From: Spirochaetia bacterium
Lineage (GTDB): Bacteria; Spirochaetota; Spirochaetia; SZUA-6; Bin103
Direction: 5' to 3'
Assembly (NCBI GenBank): GCA_965203055.1
Contig: OZ241863.1
Location: forward strand, 1,440,001 to 1,504,000
Length of the DNA: 64,000 nucleotides
Both the position numbers and the translations under genes were made by a program. Under the pieces are notes generated by a model that did not search any database, was not told the DNA's origin, and saw only the letters and a program-made list of their open reading frames with translations. Each line of letters opens with the position of its first letter. The first letter of the stretch is position 1. Positions 38,178 to 48,628 of the stretch are shown piece by piece.

Positions 38178-39272
38178 CTACGACCCGCGGCGGCCGCCGC
38201 GCCCGGCCGCCCCGAGCGCCGCGCCTACTTCGCGGCGGGCAGGCAGGGGCACGCAGCGCAGCAGACACCACAGGGTGAGGCCGAGCAGCGCGGCTCCCAG
38301 CAGCACGTGGAGGCTCGCTACCAGCGGCAAGCGACCGGTCAGCACCGTCAACGCGCCCAAGGTGCCTTGCGCCGCCAGCAGCCAGTTGATCCACAGCAGC
38401 GTGCGCCGCGCCGCGGCGTAGGCGGGCCGCCGCCGCAGGTCCAGGTTGGCGGCCACCACCACCGCGGCGGTCGCGGCCGCTCCGAGGCGATGCAGGAAGT
38501 GGATCACCACCTGATTCATTGCCACCGGTTCCAGCAGCATCTGAAAGCGCGTTGCGTTGACCGCGTTCAGCATCGCGGCGTCGAAGCGCGGTATCACTTG
38601 GCCGCCCATCAGCGGAAAGTCGGGGATCGCCAGTCCGGAGTCGGTGTGCCGCATCAACGCGCCGAGCAGCAACTGCAGGAACACGACCGCCGGCACCAGC
38701 GCCACCGTCGCGCGCACCCCCGGCGCCGGACCTTGCGCGCTACGCTGCCGCCACTCGCGCGACTGCGCGTAGGCGATGCCGAGCAGCAACAGAAACAGAC
38801 TCTGGGCCAGGACCGCGTGGGTCACCGAAATCGGCGTGGGCAGCAGGAACAGCACCGTCAGCCCGCCCAGCGTGCCCTGCACGACGATGGCGCCTACCGC
38901 GGTCCACGCCAGTACCCGCAGCCAGCGGCGCGGCTCGCGCCACGTGAACACCAGCGCCTGGGCCACCACCAGCAGGCCGACGGCGGCGGCCACCATCCGG
39001 TGGGAGTGCTCGTACAGAATCCCGCCTACCAGCGGCGGGAACAGGGTTCCGTAGGAGAGCGGCCAGTCGGGCACCGCCAATCCCGACCCGGTGCTGGTGA
39101 CCAGGCTGCCCACGAAGATCAGCACCAGGGTGGAGCCGGCGGTGATCCCGCTCAGCAGCCGCACCGCAACTCGAACATGAATGTCATTCGGGAGGATTCC
39201 TCGCTCGGGGCGGCGGACCTGGGGCCAGCCCGATTGCCTCGCAGCATGCCGTGAACCGGGATCATCCCGCAA
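38178..39272 (-). CDS. ctaA: Heme A synthase (COX15/CtaA family); true start probably about 100 nt further downstream
   Basis: GSGLAVPDWP, EHSHR, QGTLGGLTV, VTHA, HFLHR, SLHV. Confidence 0.88.
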   Translation of the reverse strand: MRDDPGSRHAARQSGWPQVRRPERGILPNDIHVRVAVRLLSGITAGSTLVLIFVGSLVTSTGSGLAVPDWPLSYGTLFPPLVGGILYEHSHRMVAAAVGLLVVAQALVFTWREPRRWLRVLAWTAVGAIVVQGTLGGLTVLFLLPTPISVTHAVLAQSLFLLLLGIAYAQSREWRQRSAQGPAPGVRATVALVPAVVFLQLLLGALMRHTDSGLAIPDFPLMGGQVIPRFDAAMLNAVNATRFQMLLEPVAMNQVVIHFLHRLGAAATAAVVVAANLDLRRRPAYAAARRTLLWINWLLAAQGTLGALTVLTGRLPLVASLHVLLGAALLGLTLWCLLRCVPLPARREVGAALGAAGRGGRRGS

Positions 39273-39318
39273 CCGGAACGCACTGCGGCCTCGATTGCGC
39301 CGTTGATGCGCCGCGCCA

Positions 39319-40416
39319 TCACCGGCCGCGGTAGAGGGCGGCGATGCGGGCCGCGATCGGGTCCCAGTCCAGTTCGCGGGCGCGCGCCAGGGCCGCGGCG
39401 CCGGCGGCGTGCAGGTCCAGCGAACGCGCTTCGTTCAAGGCGGCGTCCAGGCCGCCGGGGGCGTTCGGATCGTAGAGCAGGCCGCAGCCGCCGGCGACCA
39501 GCTCCGGCAGGCAGCCGAGGCGCGGCACGATGAGCGGCTTGCCGAAGCCCAGCGCCTGGATCGCCGAACCGGAGGTGAGCACGGCCGCGAACGGCAGCAC
39601 CACCACGTCGGCGGCGTTCAGGAAGTATTGGAACTGATCCACGTCGAAGTAGGGCGAGGAGTGGATGCGGATGCGGGCGTCGCCGGCGGCCGCGGCGCGG
39701 AGCTGCGGGATCAGGCCGGGGCTGCGCGCGTGCTCGCGCAGCATCAGCAGCAGCGCGCTGTCGCGGGCGGCGCCGCGGCGGTAGGCGGCCACCAGCGCGG
39801 CCACCCCCTTGTAATCGCGCGTGTTGCCGAAGAACAGATAGACGAACCGGTCGCCGTCAAGCTCCAGCCGGGCGCGGGCCGCGCCGGGGCTGACCCGATT
39901 GGGGAACACCGGCAGATAGTTGCCGTGGGGGATCACCTGCACCGGGCGCGGCGGATCGTACCACTCCTCGATCCGTTTGGCCGCGTAGCGGCAGTGGGCG
40001 ATGACGTGGTCGGCCTCGCGCGCCACCAGGGCGTTGATCAGGCGGTCCAACTGCGGATAGCGCCGCTCGTGGGGGTACAGGTTGTGCACGGTCCACACCA
40101 GGCGGTAGCCGAGGCGGCGGGCGTGAATCAGGTTGTCGGCAAAGTCCGCGTACCGGGTAGCCGCCCGCTCCAGGTCGCGCGGCTCCTCGAAGCGGGCGTA
40201 GAAGCGGTCGAGCCAGTTGAGATGCAGCACGCCGCAGGCGGTGCGCGACTCCTCCAGCCAGGAACGGCGGAAGTCGTAGTCGCCTTCGGCCAGCTCCACG
40301 CCGCGGCGGCGCAGGGCCGCGGCCAGCAGGGCGCCGTAGGGATTGGCCCGGCCAAGCTCGAGGCCGCTCCCTTCCCAGAAGAACAGCCCCCGGGTCGTTA
40401 CCTGAGTCTGATGCAT
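39319..40416 (-). CDS. Glycosyltransferase family 4
   Basis: NPY, VWTVHNLYPHE, IPHGNY, FFG..RDYKG, AADVVVLPF..TSGS..ALGFGKP. Confidence 0.9.
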   Translation of the reverse strand: MHQTQVTTRGLFFWEGSGLELGRANPYGALLAAALRRRGVELAEGDYDFRRSWLEESRTACGVLHLNWLDRFYARFEEPRDLERAATRYADFADNLIHARRLGYRLVWTVHNLYPHERRYPQLDRLINALVAREADHVIAHCRYAAKRIEEWYDPPRPVQVIPHGNYLPVFPNRVSPGAARARLELDGDRFVYLFFGNTRDYKGVAALVAAYRRGAARDSALLLMLREHARSPGLIPQLRAAAAGDARIRIHSSPYFDVDQFQYFLNAADVVVLPFAAVLTSGSAIQALGFGKPLIVPRLGCLPELVAGGCGLLYDPNAPGGLDAALNEARSLDLHAAGAAALARARELDWDPIAARIAALYRGR

Positions 40417-40429
40417 GATTGCCCTCCGG

Positions 40430-42517
40430 TCATGGGATCGGCCGCAGCGTGGCGTGGGCCGCGCCGGCCCCCGCCGCGGGCAGCAGCCAGCGGTCGCAGC
40501 GGTCGTCGGCGACCACCTCCAGGCCGGCTGCCCGCCCGGCGTCGAACCGGCGCGCCGCGCTCACCCCGGCCGCTCCCGGCGCCGGGCACAGCACCGCCAC
40601 GAAGCGGGCGGCGCGCGCGGTGCGGGTGCGAATGAGCGCCTGCGACCGTTCGCTGGCGGGGTTGGACGGCGCTTCGCCCACGGTGATCACGGTCGCCGTC
40701 TCCTCCGGCAGCAGGAGGCGCAGGCCGCCGCCGCCGCGCAGCGACCATCGCGCCGTCACCGCGGCGCCCGCCGCCGGTCCCGAGCGGGTGACCGTGAGGT
40801 GCTCCCAACCGGGCGCGGCCGGCAGCGCGGCGCCCGGCGCGGGCGCCGGGCGCACGGCCGGCGGCTCCAGCAGCTCGCCCTGCAGGTACAGCAGCCAGTC
40901 GATGCGCTGCGGCGCCGGGCAGCGCACTTCGAAGCAGTCGACGAAGTAGGGCGCGCGCCACGCCACCACCCGCCGCATGCGCACGCCGTCGTAGGCGCCG
41001 GCCGCGGCGCCCGACCAGGAGACCGCGGCGTCGGCGATGGTCACCGCGCCGGCGTTCGGGGCCGCGGCGCGGGCGCCCGGGGGCGGGCCGAAGTGAAGCA
41101 GCCGGCCCGCCGCCGGCGGCTGCGCCTGTCCGGCCACCAGCACCGTGTTGTGGCTGGCGGTCTGCCGGTACCAGCCGCGGTGCAGCTCCAGGCCGTAGCC
41201 CTGCGAGCCGAGATCGAGCGCGGCCGGCGCGCCGCGCGCGTAGAGGAGGATGGCCAGCTTGTCGGGGTGGCCGTGGGAGCCGCCGTGCGGGCCGTACTTG
41301 AGCAGCAGCAGCGACTGCTCCGCCAGCGGGGCGTCGCTGCGCAGCACGGCGTAGCCGGACGCGGGCAGCAGGCCGGAGCGCGGCCGCGCCAGCGCGTCGT
41401 TGCCGGGCGCCACCTGCTCGGAGCCATACAGCATCGCCTCCACGCTGTCCCGACGGCGGCGCCGGTAGGCGGCGGTCAGCAGCGCCGAGAACGCCGGCCG
41501 CGGCCACCAGCCGGCGGCCATCTCGTACAGCGCCGCGGCCGGCGGGATGCCGTGGCACACCGCGCCGAACAGCGATGAGGAAGCCCAGCAGTCGTTGGTC
41601 GCCGGCAGCCGCCCGTCCGGCAGCACCAGAGTCAGGGGCGCCTCCAGCATGGCGCGCAGCCGCTCCGGCGCCGCCCAGCCGGGGTCCTGCGCGCGCAGGA
41701 ACGCGGCCGTGGTCAGCAGTGCCGCCGCGGTGTAGAAGTGGTAGCTGGAGGAGCCCTCCCACCACAGGCCGTCGCTGCGCACGCCGGCCGCGAGCTGGTG
41801 ATGGAAGCCGAACTCGCCGTGCAGCGCCTCGTCGCGGGCGGCGGCATTGCCGGTAAGGCTGGCGGCGGCCACCATCGCCGCGAGGTGCCAGCACTCGATG
41901 TTGTGCAGCCGGCGGAACCGCTGTTCGTCGAGGTGGGCGAGCGCCGGGGCCAGCAGGTCGGCTTCCACCAGCCGGCGGCAGGAGGCGTCCAGTCCCTCCG
42001 CCAGGAGGTCGTAGCAGCGCGCCAGTCGCACGATGAGCGTGGCCTCGTCCAGCGATTGCCAGGTGGCCTTGCCGCGCCCGGCGCCGAACTCGGTGCGGGC
42101 GGCGGTGGGCGGATGGCGCGGGTAGTGGCGCGCGTAGCCGGCCAGAATCGCCCGCCCGCGCTGCAGGCAGCGGCGGTCTCCGTCCAGCCGCCAGCGCAGC
42201 GCCAGCCGTACCGCCATGCGCCCCAGCAACAGGTTGGCGCCGAACCGCCAGGCGGCGTCATAGCGCTCGCCGCGCAGCCGGCGGCCGTCCACCGGGCAGC
42301 GGTGCTCGCGCGGCCGCCGCGCGTCGAACTGCAGCTCGACGGCGTGCGCCGGGCAGAAGTAGTCGTGATAGTAGCCGGCCGGCTGCGCGGGCGGCTCCAG
42401 ATCAAGGCCCAGAAACGCCTCCGTAGCGGCGCGCAGCCGCGCCCACGCGGGCGCGAAGGCGGGCGTGCGCAGGCGCGCCTGGGCGCGCTCCAGTTGCTGC
42501 CGGCTGAACAGTCTCAT
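40430..42517 (-). CDS. Heparinase II/III-family polysaccharide lyase
   Basis: YYHDYFCP.H, QSLDEA, HNI..W, DGLWWEGS..YHFY, GPHGGSHGHPDKL, SHNTVLV. Confidence 0.85.
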   Translation of the reverse strand: MRLFSRQQLERAQARLRTPAFAPAWARLRAATEAFLGLDLEPPAQPAGYYHDYFCPAHAVELQFDARRPREHRCPVDGRRLRGERYDAAWRFGANLLLGRMAVRLALRWRLDGDRRCLQRGRAILAGYARHYPRHPPTAARTEFGAGRGKATWQSLDEATLIVRLARCYDLLAEGLDASCRRLVEADLLAPALAHLDEQRFRRLHNIECWHLAAMVAAASLTGNAAARDEALHGEFGFHHQLAAGVRSDGLWWEGSSSYHFYTAAALLTTAAFLRAQDPGWAAPERLRAMLEAPLTLVLPDGRLPATNDCWASSSLFGAVCHGIPPAAALYEMAAGWWPRPAFSALLTAAYRRRRRDSVEAMLYGSEQVAPGNDALARPRSGLLPASGYAVLRSDAPLAEQSLLLLKYGPHGGSHGHPDKLAILLYARGAPAALDLGSQGYGLELHRGWYRQTASHNTVLVAGQAQPPAAGRLLHFGPPPGARAAAPNAGAVTIADAAVSWSGAAAGAYDGVRMRRVVAWRAPYFVDCFEVRCPAPQRIDWLLYLQGELLEPPAVRPAPAPGAALPAAPGWEHLTVTRSGPAAGAAVTARWSLRGGGGLRLLLPEETATVITVGEAPSNPASERSQALIRTRTARAARFVAVLCPAPGAAGVSAARRFDAGRAAGLEVVADDRCDRWLLPAAGAGAAHATLRPIP

Positions 42518-42584
42518 CCGCGGCGGTGGCAGCGCCGGAGCGCGCCGGGGAAGGCAGCCAAGGTCCCAGCCATGCGCCCGCCGG

Positions 42585-43517
42585 TCAGCCGGCGGCGTGG
42601 AGCAGGGCGCTGATCTGGCCGCGCTCGAACCGGTAGGTGGTGTTGCAGTACATGCAGGTGGTTCGTACCGGCAGCGGACCGCGCTCCAGCAGGTCCTGCA
42701 ACTCGGCGCGCGGCAGGGCGCCGAGATGGCCCTGGAACCGCGCGGCGCTGCAGTGGCACATGAACACCACCCGGCGGCGCGCGATGATGACCGGCTCGTG
42801 CGCGCCGAAGGCGCGCTCCAACAAGGCGCTGGGCGCCTCGCCGGCGGCGAAGGCGGCGCCGATGGAAGGCAGTTGCCGCAGCAGCCGCTCCACGTCCCGC
42901 ACCTGCTCCGCGCGCGCCCCGGGCAGGGCTTGCAGAAACACGCCGCCGGCTCCGGTGAGCCCGCCCGCGGCGTCGAACGCCACGCTCAGATGCAAGGCGC
43001 TGGGCGTCTGCTCCGAGGCGGCGTAGTAGTAGGACAGATCCTGGGCCAGGCTCCCGTAACGCATCTCGACGACGCCGGCAAAGGGGCGCCCGCCGTCGCC
43101 GAGGTGCTTGGTCACGGCCAGCGTGCCGCGCCCGAACAGGTCCCGCAGCCTCGGTACGCCCCGCTCCGCGGCCACCGCGATCGGATCCTGCGCCAGGTAG
43201 CCGCGCACCTCCCCGAACGCGTTGCCGTCTACCGTGAGGCCCCCGATCGGCCCCGAACAATCGACCTTGATGGTCAGGCTTTCGGGCGACTTCAGGTTGA
43301 CGGTCATCAGGCCGGCGGCCACGTAGGCCTGGCCCAGGACCAGGGTCTCCAGCGGCCCGAGTCGATGGTTGGCGCGCATCTCGCCGACCAGCCGCGTGGC
43401 ATGCAGCACGGCGCCGCGGATGCCGCCGTAGTCCAACAGGAACTGGTAGAGCTGGTCGCGCCGGCTGGCACGCAGCCGCGCCTCCAGGGTGTCGCCCGGA
43501 AGGGCGCGCTTCTCCAT
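42585..43517 (-). CDS. hslO: Hsp33 redox-regulated chaperone
   Basis: GEVRGY, YY..SEQTPS, AGG..LQALPG, zinc centre CHCS..CMYC. Confidence 0.93.
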   Translation of the reverse strand: MEKRALPGDTLEARLRASRRDQLYQFLLDYGGIRGAVLHATRLVGEMRANHRLGPLETLVLGQAYVAAGLMTVNLKSPESLTIKVDCSGPIGGLTVDGNAFGEVRGYLAQDPIAVAAERGVPRLRDLFGRGTLAVTKHLGDGGRPFAGVVEMRYGSLAQDLSYYYAASEQTPSALHLSVAFDAAGGLTGAGGVFLQALPGARAEQVRDVERLLRQLPSIGAAFAAGEAPSALLERAFGAHEPVIIARRRVVFMCHCSAARFQGHLGALPRAELQDLLERGPLPVRTTCMYCNTTYRFERGQISALLHAAG

Positions 43518-43523
43518 GCCGGG

Positions 43524-44144
43524 TCAGTCGCCGTGGCGGGCGCGCAGCGGCGGCGACAGGCGCAGCATCCACTGCATGCGCTCCAGGTGGTCGAGCCACT
43601 GCTCCACCTCGGCGGCGACCTCGGCCGCGGGCGGCGGCACCAGGCCCACGTCGCAGGCCGCCCCCAGTTCCCGCTGCGCCTTGCGGCGGTAGGTCACCAG
43701 CATGCGGTCGCCGGTGCGCCCCACTTCGAAGAAGTCCTCCGACAGGCACACCGTCACCGGTACCCGCAGCGCTCCGAGAATGCGCAATTCGTCGGCCAGC
43801 TCGCTGGCGTCGACGCGCTCGGCGAACCGCAGGTCGACTACCTGCGCGCCGGCCGCGGCGTTGGCCGCCGCCGCCAGGTGATGGAGAATCGGCCCCTGGC
43901 GCACGCAGTCGCCGCACCAGATGCCGCTGTAGCACAACAGGTTCATGCGCCGGGTGAACTGGCCGAGGCGCTGCTGCTGCGCGGGGCCGACCGGCGCCTG
44001 CTGCCGCTCCATGGTCTGCCAGCGCTTGCGGTGCTGTTCGGGGCCGGCGGCGAGGTACTCGGCGTAGGGCAGGGCCTGGGCGAAGGCGTCGCGCCAGAAG
44101 CTCTGCCGCTTGTCGCGGTACGCGGGCTCAGTGGAAGTTCCCAT
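43524..44144 (-). CDS. Thioredoxin-family protein
   Basis: WCGDC active site, RVP cis-Pro motif; start 44144 chosen from TATGAT 7 nt upstream. Confidence 0.85.
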   Translation of the reverse strand: MGTSTEPAYRDKRQSFWRDAFAQALPYAEYLAAGPEQHRKRWQTMERQQAPVGPAQQQRLGQFTRRMNLLCYSGIWCGDCVRQGPILHHLAAAANAAAGAQVVDLRFAERVDASELADELRILGALRVPVTVCLSEDFFEVGRTGDRMLVTYRRKAQRELGAACDVGLVPPPAAEVAAEVEQWLDHLERMQWMLRLSPPLRARHGD

Positions 44145-44406
44145 GGCCGCCATCATAGCGACTGCCGCGGTCACGGTCATGGCCGCGCCCGCCGGCGCCG
44201 GCAAGCGCAGCCAAGGGGCAGCCGCGGCGCGATTCGGCGCGCCGGCGCCGGGCAGGAGGGCGGAATCGCGGTGTGGCTACGGGTAGCCACGTCGATCCGG
44301 GGCGTGGCCGCGCGCTGTTCCGCCGACCGCCCGAGCGCCGGCGCCGTTGGCGCCGTCGATGCGGGACTGCGGCGCGGCCCGTGATCTGCTATGGTGAGCC
44401 TTAGCA

Positions 44407-46188
44407 ATGGACGCATCCGACCTGGCATCGCTTGATCCGACCACCATGGCCGACTGGCAGCTCAGCGCCGCCGCGGAACCGCACATGAAGCGGGTGCGGC
44501 AACTGGGCGCCGAGCTGGCGCTGCACGCCGACGAGGTGCTGCCCTACGGCCACTACCTCGGCAAGCTGGACTACGCGCGCATCCTGGAACGGTTGGCGGC
44601 GCAGCCGAACGGCAAGTACGTCAACGTGACCGCGATCACCCCCACGCCCCTGGGCGAGGGCAAGACCACCACCACGATGGGCTTGGTGGAGGGCTTGGCG
44701 GCGATCGGCAAGCGGGTGATCGGCGCCATTCGCCAGCCCTCCGGCGGACCCACCTTCAACATCAAGGGCTCCGCGGCCGGCGGCGGCTTGGCGCAGTGCA
44801 TCCCGCTGAGCGACCTCAGCCTGGGGCTGACCGGCGACATCGACGCCATCACCAATGCCCACAATCTGGCGATGGTGGCGCTCACCAGCCGCCTGCAGCA
44901 TGAGGCCAACTACGGCGACCGGACCCTGGCGCGGAAGAAGCTGCGCCGCCTCGACATCGACCCGCGCAACGTCGCGGCCGGGTGGGCCATCGACTTCAGC
45001 GCCCAGGCGCTGCGCGAAATCATCATCGGCCTGGGCGGCCGGATGGACGGCCTGATGATGCAAAGCGGCTTCCAGATATCGGTGTCGTCGGAGGTGATGG
45101 CGATTCTGGCGGTGGCTACCGACCTGGCGGATCTGCGCGCGCGCCTGGGGCGCATGGTGCTGGCCTACGCCAAGGACGGCAGCCCGGTCACCACCGCCGA
45201 CCTGGAGGTGGACGGCGCCATGGCCGCGCTCCTGGCCAAGGCGATCAACCCCAACCTGATGCAGACCATCGAGGGGCAGCCGGTACTGGTGCACGCCGGT
45301 CCGTTCGCCAACATCGCCATCGGTCAATCATCCATCATTGCCGACCGGGTAGGGCTCAAGCTGGCCGACTATCACGTTACCGAGAGCGGCTTCGGCGCCG
45401 ACATCGGCTTCGAGAAGTTCTGGAACCTGAAGTGCCGCATGAGCGGGCTGACGCCCCACTGCTCGGTGGTGGTGTGCACCATCCGCGCCTTGAAGATGCA
45501 CGGCGGCGGCCCGCGCGTGGCGCCGGGACGCGCGTTGGACCGGGCCTACACCGAGCCGGACACGGCGCTGGTGGAGCGCGGCGTGGAGAATCTGCTGGCG
45601 CATCTGGATACGGTGCGGCAAAGCGGGGTGGCGCCGGTGGTGTGCATCAATCACTTTCACACCGACAGCGACGAGGAGGCGGCGGTGATCCGCGACGCGG
45701 TGGCCGGCAGCGGGGCGCCGTGCGTGGTGAGCCGCCACTGGCGCCGCGGCGGGGCCGGCGCGCGCGAGTTGGCCGAAGCGGTGGTGGACGCCTGCGAGCG
45801 GCCGGCGCAGTTCCGCTTCCTGTACGAGGACGCGACGCCGCAGCGCGAGCGGATCGAACGCATCACCACCGCGGTGTACGGCGGCGCCGGCGTGAGCTAC
45901 CAGCCGCAGGCGCTGGCCAAGCTGCGGGAGGTGGAGCAGGACCCGGAGCTGGCGGCGCTGGGCACCTGCATGGTCAAGACGCAGCTCAGCCTGAGCCACG
46001 ATCCGGCGTTGAAGGGCCGGCCCCGGGGTTGGACGCTGCCGATTCGCGATCTGCTGCTCTACCGCGGGGCGGGGTTGGCGGTGCCGGTGGCCGGCGACAT
46101 CAAGCTGCTGCCGGGCACCGCCTCCGATCCCGCCTTCCGCCGCATCGACGTAGACACCCGCAGCGGCCGCGTCCGGGGCCTGCATTAG
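44407..46188 (+). CDS. fhs: Formate--tetrahydrofolate ligase
   Basis: [58 protein letters not shown]. Confidence 0.98.
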   Translation: MDASDLASLDPTTMADWQLSAAAEPHMKRVRQLGAELALHADEVLPYGHYLGKLDYARILERLAAQPNGKYVNVTAITPTPLGEGKTTTTMGLVEGLAAIGKRVIGAIRQPSGGPTFNIKGSAAGGGLAQCIPLSDLSLGLTGDIDAITNAHNLAMVALTSRLQHEANYGDRTLARKKLRRLDIDPRNVAAGWAIDFSAQALREIIIGLGGRMDGLMMQSGFQISVSSEVMAILAVATDLADLRARLGRMVLAYAKDGSPVTTADLEVDGAMAALLAKAINPNLMQTIEGQPVLVHAGPFANIAIGQSSIIADRVGLKLADYHVTESGFGADIGFEKFWNLKCRMSGLTPHCSVVVCTIRALKMHGGGPRVAPGRALDRAYTEPDTALVERGVENLLAHLDTVRQSGVAPVVCINHFHTDSDEEAAVIRDAVAGSGAPCVVSRHWRRGGAGARELAEAVVDACERPAQFRFLYEDATPQRERIERITTAVYGGAGVSYQPQALAKLREVEQDPELAALGTCMVKTQLSLSHDPALKGRPRGWTLPIRDLLLYRGAGLAVPVAGDIKLLPGTASDPAFRRIDVDTRSGRVRGLH

Positions 46189-46207
46189 GAAGCACAGGTC
46201 AGGGAGG

Positions 46208-47308
46208 ATGATTATGAACAAGGATCTGACCAGGCGCGCCGCGGCTGCGGCGCTGGCCGGCGAGTTGGACGCGGTGCGCGCGGCCGTGACCGAGGATGCC
46301 GCGGTCGCCCGGCATTGGTCGCTGCTGATGAACGCCTGCTTCGGCGGCCGGCCCGAGGTGGCCGCGTTTCTGATCGCCGAGGGAGCGGACGTCAACGTGC
46401 TGGCCCCCACCGCGCATCGCTATCGGCCGCTGCACCGGGCGGTGGAGCACAAGCGCACCATGCCCAAGACGCCGGGCCACTTCGCCAGCGTGCGGCTGCT
46501 GCTGGAGCACGGCGCGGATCCGCTGCTGCGCGGGAGCTGGCATCTGCACAGCGCCATCGCGGTGGCGGCGTTCGGCTGCACCGAGTTCCTGCCGCTGCTG
46601 CTGGAACATGCGCCCCCGGAGCCGGACCTGTACACCGCCGCGGTGCTGGCCCGGCACCGCGACATCGCCGCCCTCCTGGCCGAGTCCCGCGCCGCCGCCA
46701 CGCGGGCCGACGCCGACTCCCGCGACGGGACCTGGCTGCCGCTGCAGTACTGCGCCCGTTCGGCGGCCGGCAGCGAGCAGGACCGGGTGACCAGCGCGGC
46801 GCTGCTGCTGGACCACGGCGCCGACCCCTCGTCCGCGCTGGACTACGCCTGCTGGTCGAGCAACGCCGCGATCGTGGAGTTGCTGCTGCAGCGCGGCGCC
46901 CGCCTGGGCGATGACGACACCGTGAACCATCTGGCCTGCGACGGCCAGGTTGGCGTGCTGGAGATGCTGATGCGCCACGCCGCCGTCGACCTGAACGGCA
47001 CCCGCGGCACCGAGCACCACGGCGGCTACAACCCGCTCGGCTGCGCCGTCAACATGCGCAGCCTCAAGGGGGTCACCTGGTTCCTGGACCACGGCTGCGA
47101 TCCCAATGAGGTGCAGAGCAAGAGCGGCGAGACCGCGCTCCACGTGGCGGTGAATTCAGGCGCCGGCGTGCCCCTGGTGCGCCTGCTGGTGGAGCGCGGC
47201 GTCAACGTGGACCAGCGCGACGCCGCGGGCCACACCGCCTTCGACCTGGCCCGCGCCAAACGCAAGACCAAGCTGGCAGATTTCCTGGCATCGCCAACGC
47301 AGTCTTGA
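46208..47308 (+). CDS. Ankyrin-repeat protein
   Basis: Repeated PLH.A..LLLEHGADP and GETALHVAV..LLVERGVNVDQRDAAGHTAFDLA; GGAGG RBS. Confidence 0.92.
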   Translation: MIMNKDLTRRAAAAALAGELDAVRAAVTEDAAVARHWSLLMNACFGGRPEVAAFLIAEGADVNVLAPTAHRYRPLHRAVEHKRTMPKTPGHFASVRLLLEHGADPLLRGSWHLHSAIAVAAFGCTEFLPLLLEHAPPEPDLYTAAVLARHRDIAALLAESRAAATRADADSRDGTWLPLQYCARSAAGSEQDRVTSAALLLDHGADPSSALDYACWSSNAAIVELLLQRGARLGDDDTVNHLACDGQVGVLEMLMRHAAVDLNGTRGTEHHGGYNPLGCAVNMRSLKGVTWFLDHGCDPNEVQSKSGETALHVAVNSGAGVPLVRLLVERGVNVDQRDAAGHTAFDLARAKRKTKLADFLASPTQS

Positions 47309-47341
47309 CCGCTATCTTGGCAGATTTACGATCAGATCGTA
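47305..47341 (+). promoter_or_regulatory. Promoter with a palindromic operator-like site over the -10
   Basis: TTGACC (47305), 16 nt, TACGAT (47327); TACGATC-A-GATCGTA at 47327-47341. Confidence 0.6.
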
Positions 47342-47351
47342 TATTTGACAC

Positions 47352-48551
47352 GTGTTCAGGAGATTCCTCGGGGCGTACCTGGCGCGGGACGCCGGGTACT
47401 ATCCGGTCGTCACCCTGACCGGGCCGCGCCAGTCGGGCAAGACCACCCTGGCGCGCGCCACCTTTCCCGACTACGACTACGTGACGCTGGAAGATACCTC
47501 GTCGCGCCGCTTCGCCGCGGAGGACCCGCGCGGCTTCCTGGACCACTACCGCCCGCCGGTCATCATCGACGAGGTCCAGCGCGCGCCGGACCTGCTCTCC
47601 GCCGTGCAGGTCGCGGTAGACCGCGCCGACCGCCCCGGCAGCTACGTGCTGACCGGTTCGCACAATCTCCTGCTGATGCGCGACGTTTCGCAGTCGCTGG
47701 CGGGGCGCACCGCGATACTCCACCTGCTGCCGCTGTCGCGGGCGGAACTGGAATCCCAGCAACAGAACGCGCCGGGAACCGGTCCGCTGCCGGAATCGCT
47801 GTTCGCCAACCGGGCCACGCGCCTCGACCTGTGGCGCACCCTGCTCACCGGCTTCTATCCCCGCATTCATGATCGGGCCATTCCGCCGGAGGTGTGGCTG
47901 CCGGACTACGTGCAGACCTGGCTGGCGCGGGACGTCCGCATGCTGGTGAACGTCGGCGACCTGGAGACGTTCGAACGCTTCCTGATGCTGATGGCGGGAC
48001 GGGTCGGACAGATCCTCAACTACGCCTCCCTCGCCAACGATTGCGGCATCGCCGTCGACACCGCCCGGCGCTGGACCTCGGTGCTGGCCGCCAGCTTCGT
48101 GATCGCGCTGCTGCGGCCCTATCACCGCAACTTCAACAAGCGTCTGGTGAAGAGCCCCAAGGTGTACTTTCTCGACACCGGCCTTGCCTGCCATCTCACC
48201 GGCATTCGCGATCACCGGCAGCTTGCCACGCATCACGCGCGCGGCGCGCTGTTCGAGAACTACGTCATCGCCGAAGTGGTGAAGGCGTACCGCCATCACC
48301 GGCTGCAGCCGCCGCTGTACTTCTGGCGCGACCGCAGCGGCCACGAGATCGATCTGGTGATCGAACAGGACGGAACGCCCTGTCCGGTGGAAATCAAGTC
48401 GGGCCGGACGGTGGCGTCAGCAATGGGCGACGGGCTGCGGTGGTGGTGCCGGACCGCCGGCGCGCCGGCGGAACGCGGGGCGCTGCTGTACGCGGGCGGC
48501 GACCGCTATCTGCGGGCCGGCCTCAACGTCTACCCCTGGTTCTCCATCTGA
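47352..48551 (+). CDS. AAA_14 ATPase with DUF4143 domain (second, divergent copy)
   Basis: GPRQSGKTT, VIIDEVQR, LTGS, KSPKVYFLDTG, FWRD..EIDL..PVEIK. Confidence 0.92.
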   Translation: MFRRFLGAYLARDAGYYPVVTLTGPRQSGKTTLARATFPDYDYVTLEDTSSRRFAAEDPRGFLDHYRPPVIIDEVQRAPDLLSAVQVAVDRADRPGSYVLTGSHNLLLMRDVSQSLAGRTAILHLLPLSRAELESQQQNAPGTGPLPESLFANRATRLDLWRTLLTGFYPRIHDRAIPPEVWLPDYVQTWLARDVRMLVNVGDLETFERFLMLMAGRVGQILNYASLANDCGIAVDTARRWTSVLAASFVIALLRPYHRNFNKRLVKSPKVYFLDTGLACHLTGIRDHRQLATHHARGALFENYVIAEVVKAYRHHRLQPPLYFWRDRSGHEIDLVIEQDGTPCPVEIKSGRTVASAMGDGLRWWCRTAGAPAERGALLYAGGDRYLRAGLNVYPWFSI

Positions 48552-48628
48552 CCGAGCGCCACCTTCGGCGATGCCGCCGGCACCGGTTACGGCCTCAGAA
48601 CGTTACAAGACCGAGTCGAGCACGGTCG

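Noticed and set aside
44407..46188. fhs as evidence of acetogenesis
   Set aside because: No other Wood-Ljungdahl genes in the window; Fhs alone is general one-carbon metabolism.
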